Shown here: one piece after another, positions 63,471-64,000 of the stretch | Layout of the letters: every line of letters begins with the position of its first letter | How positions within the stretch are numbered: position 1 is the first letter of the stretch | Notes under the pieces: generated by a model | The model's input: only the letters and a program-made list of their open reading frames with translations | Databases searched by the model: none | What the model was told of the DNA's origin: nothing | Assembly: GCA_033764315.1 (NCBI GenBank) | Contig: JANRJA010000203.1 | Span: 54,385 to 118,384, forward strand | Length of the DNA stretch: 64,000 bases | Direction: 5' to 3' | DNA from: Oculatellaceae cyanobacterium bins.114 | GTDB taxonomy: Bacteria > Cyanobacteriota > Cyanobacteriia > Elainellales > Elainellaceae | Translations under genes and position numbers: made by a program

Positions 63471-63962
63471 CTAACGCATCCACCGATCAAAGAAACTGCT
63501 AATCGATCGCTTGATTAAACGCCGCCGCCGCCATTTTTGAAAAGCATCTTCGTAGTCATCCCCATCTGTTTGCTGCAACTTCCAGGCACTCAACGCCATC
63601 AAGACTCCCCAACCTAAAAGCACATAGAGCGACCACGTCACCCCACCAGATGTGAGCAGATTTAGCAAGATGAGAAACGCATTCACAATCGCAAACCGGA
63701 TGCTTCGTTGCTTGAGCCGATGACGTCGATAAAGATTGAAGGCTTGTCGCTCTCGGTTTTCGCCTTGCCGAGCGATCCACTCCTGCTCTGCTAACTGCAA
63801 ATCCGTTGTTGAGATACCCAATTCATCAGCAATTTCTAACAACTGGGCACGAGTCAACTCACCAGCATCAGTTTGGCGGGCGATCGCCAGATGCAAAATT
63901 TCTTGGACGTCTTCCTGGCTGTAAAGATCGGTCATCGCAGTTTCAGAAGTGAGCATCAGCAC
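63471..63962 (-). CDS. 2TM domain-containing protein
   Basis: YSQEDVQEIL..QLLEIADELGI, then VNAFLILLNL..WSLYVLLGWG. Confidence 0.82.
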   Translation of the reverse strand: MLMLTSETAMTDLYSQEDVQEILHLAIARQTDAGELTRAQLLEIADELGISTTDLQLAEQEWIARQGENRERQAFNLYRRHRLKQRSIRFAIVNAFLILLNLLTSGGVTWSLYVLLGWGVLMALSAWKLQQTDGDDYEDAFQKWRRRRLIKRSISSFFDRWMR

Positions 63963-64000
63963 ATGTACCCCAAACCTACACTTCCGTTATACGAAAATTT

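Noticed and set aside
1..64000. Very frequent GCGATCGC octamer
   Set aside because: This is HIP1, a well-known cyanobacterial feature. I used it only as a taxonomic clue.
1..64000. CRISPR array, tRNA/rRNA, transposase, integrase or phage genes
   Set aside because: No regularly spaced repeat-spacer array, no recognisable structural RNA and no such ORFs were seen by eye.

Overview
Chromosomal window from a cyanobacterium. The evidence is a very high density of the HIP1 octamer GCGATCGC, cyanobacteria-specific genes (pipX, cpcT-type lyase, ccs1, SLH porin, DXCF cyanobacteriochrome) and heptamer tandem repeats of the kind seen in filamentous strains. Most of the content is core housekeeping: ccdA-ccs1, cysK, hemC, glgA, the der-ecfT-pipX-pipY-sepF-proC cluster, rpmF (missed by the ORF track), secA and mobA. 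Four histidine kinases are interspersed. I found no tRNA, rRNA, CRISPR array, phage gene or transposase gene. Notable points: (1) many intergenic spacers hold 80-170 bp miniature elements with different terminal inverted repeats, some with target-site duplications, that share REP-like hairpin cargo, and one core occurs inside two different end types; (2) a PhoX-like/RTX phosphatase gene is split by a single extra T; (3) a porin gene has a canonical class II NtcA promoter and a Yfr1 sRNA target site; (4) a tandem DXCF cyanobacteriochrome kinase is followed by a PhnD-like protein with no signal peptide; (5) a pseudo-orthocaspase; (6) a 1.6 kb gene-free region with an orphan terminator, a possible 43-aa peptide ORF and 11-bp tandem repeats. 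I cannot demonstrate a wholly new system from sequence alone. All calls are by eye, without database searches.
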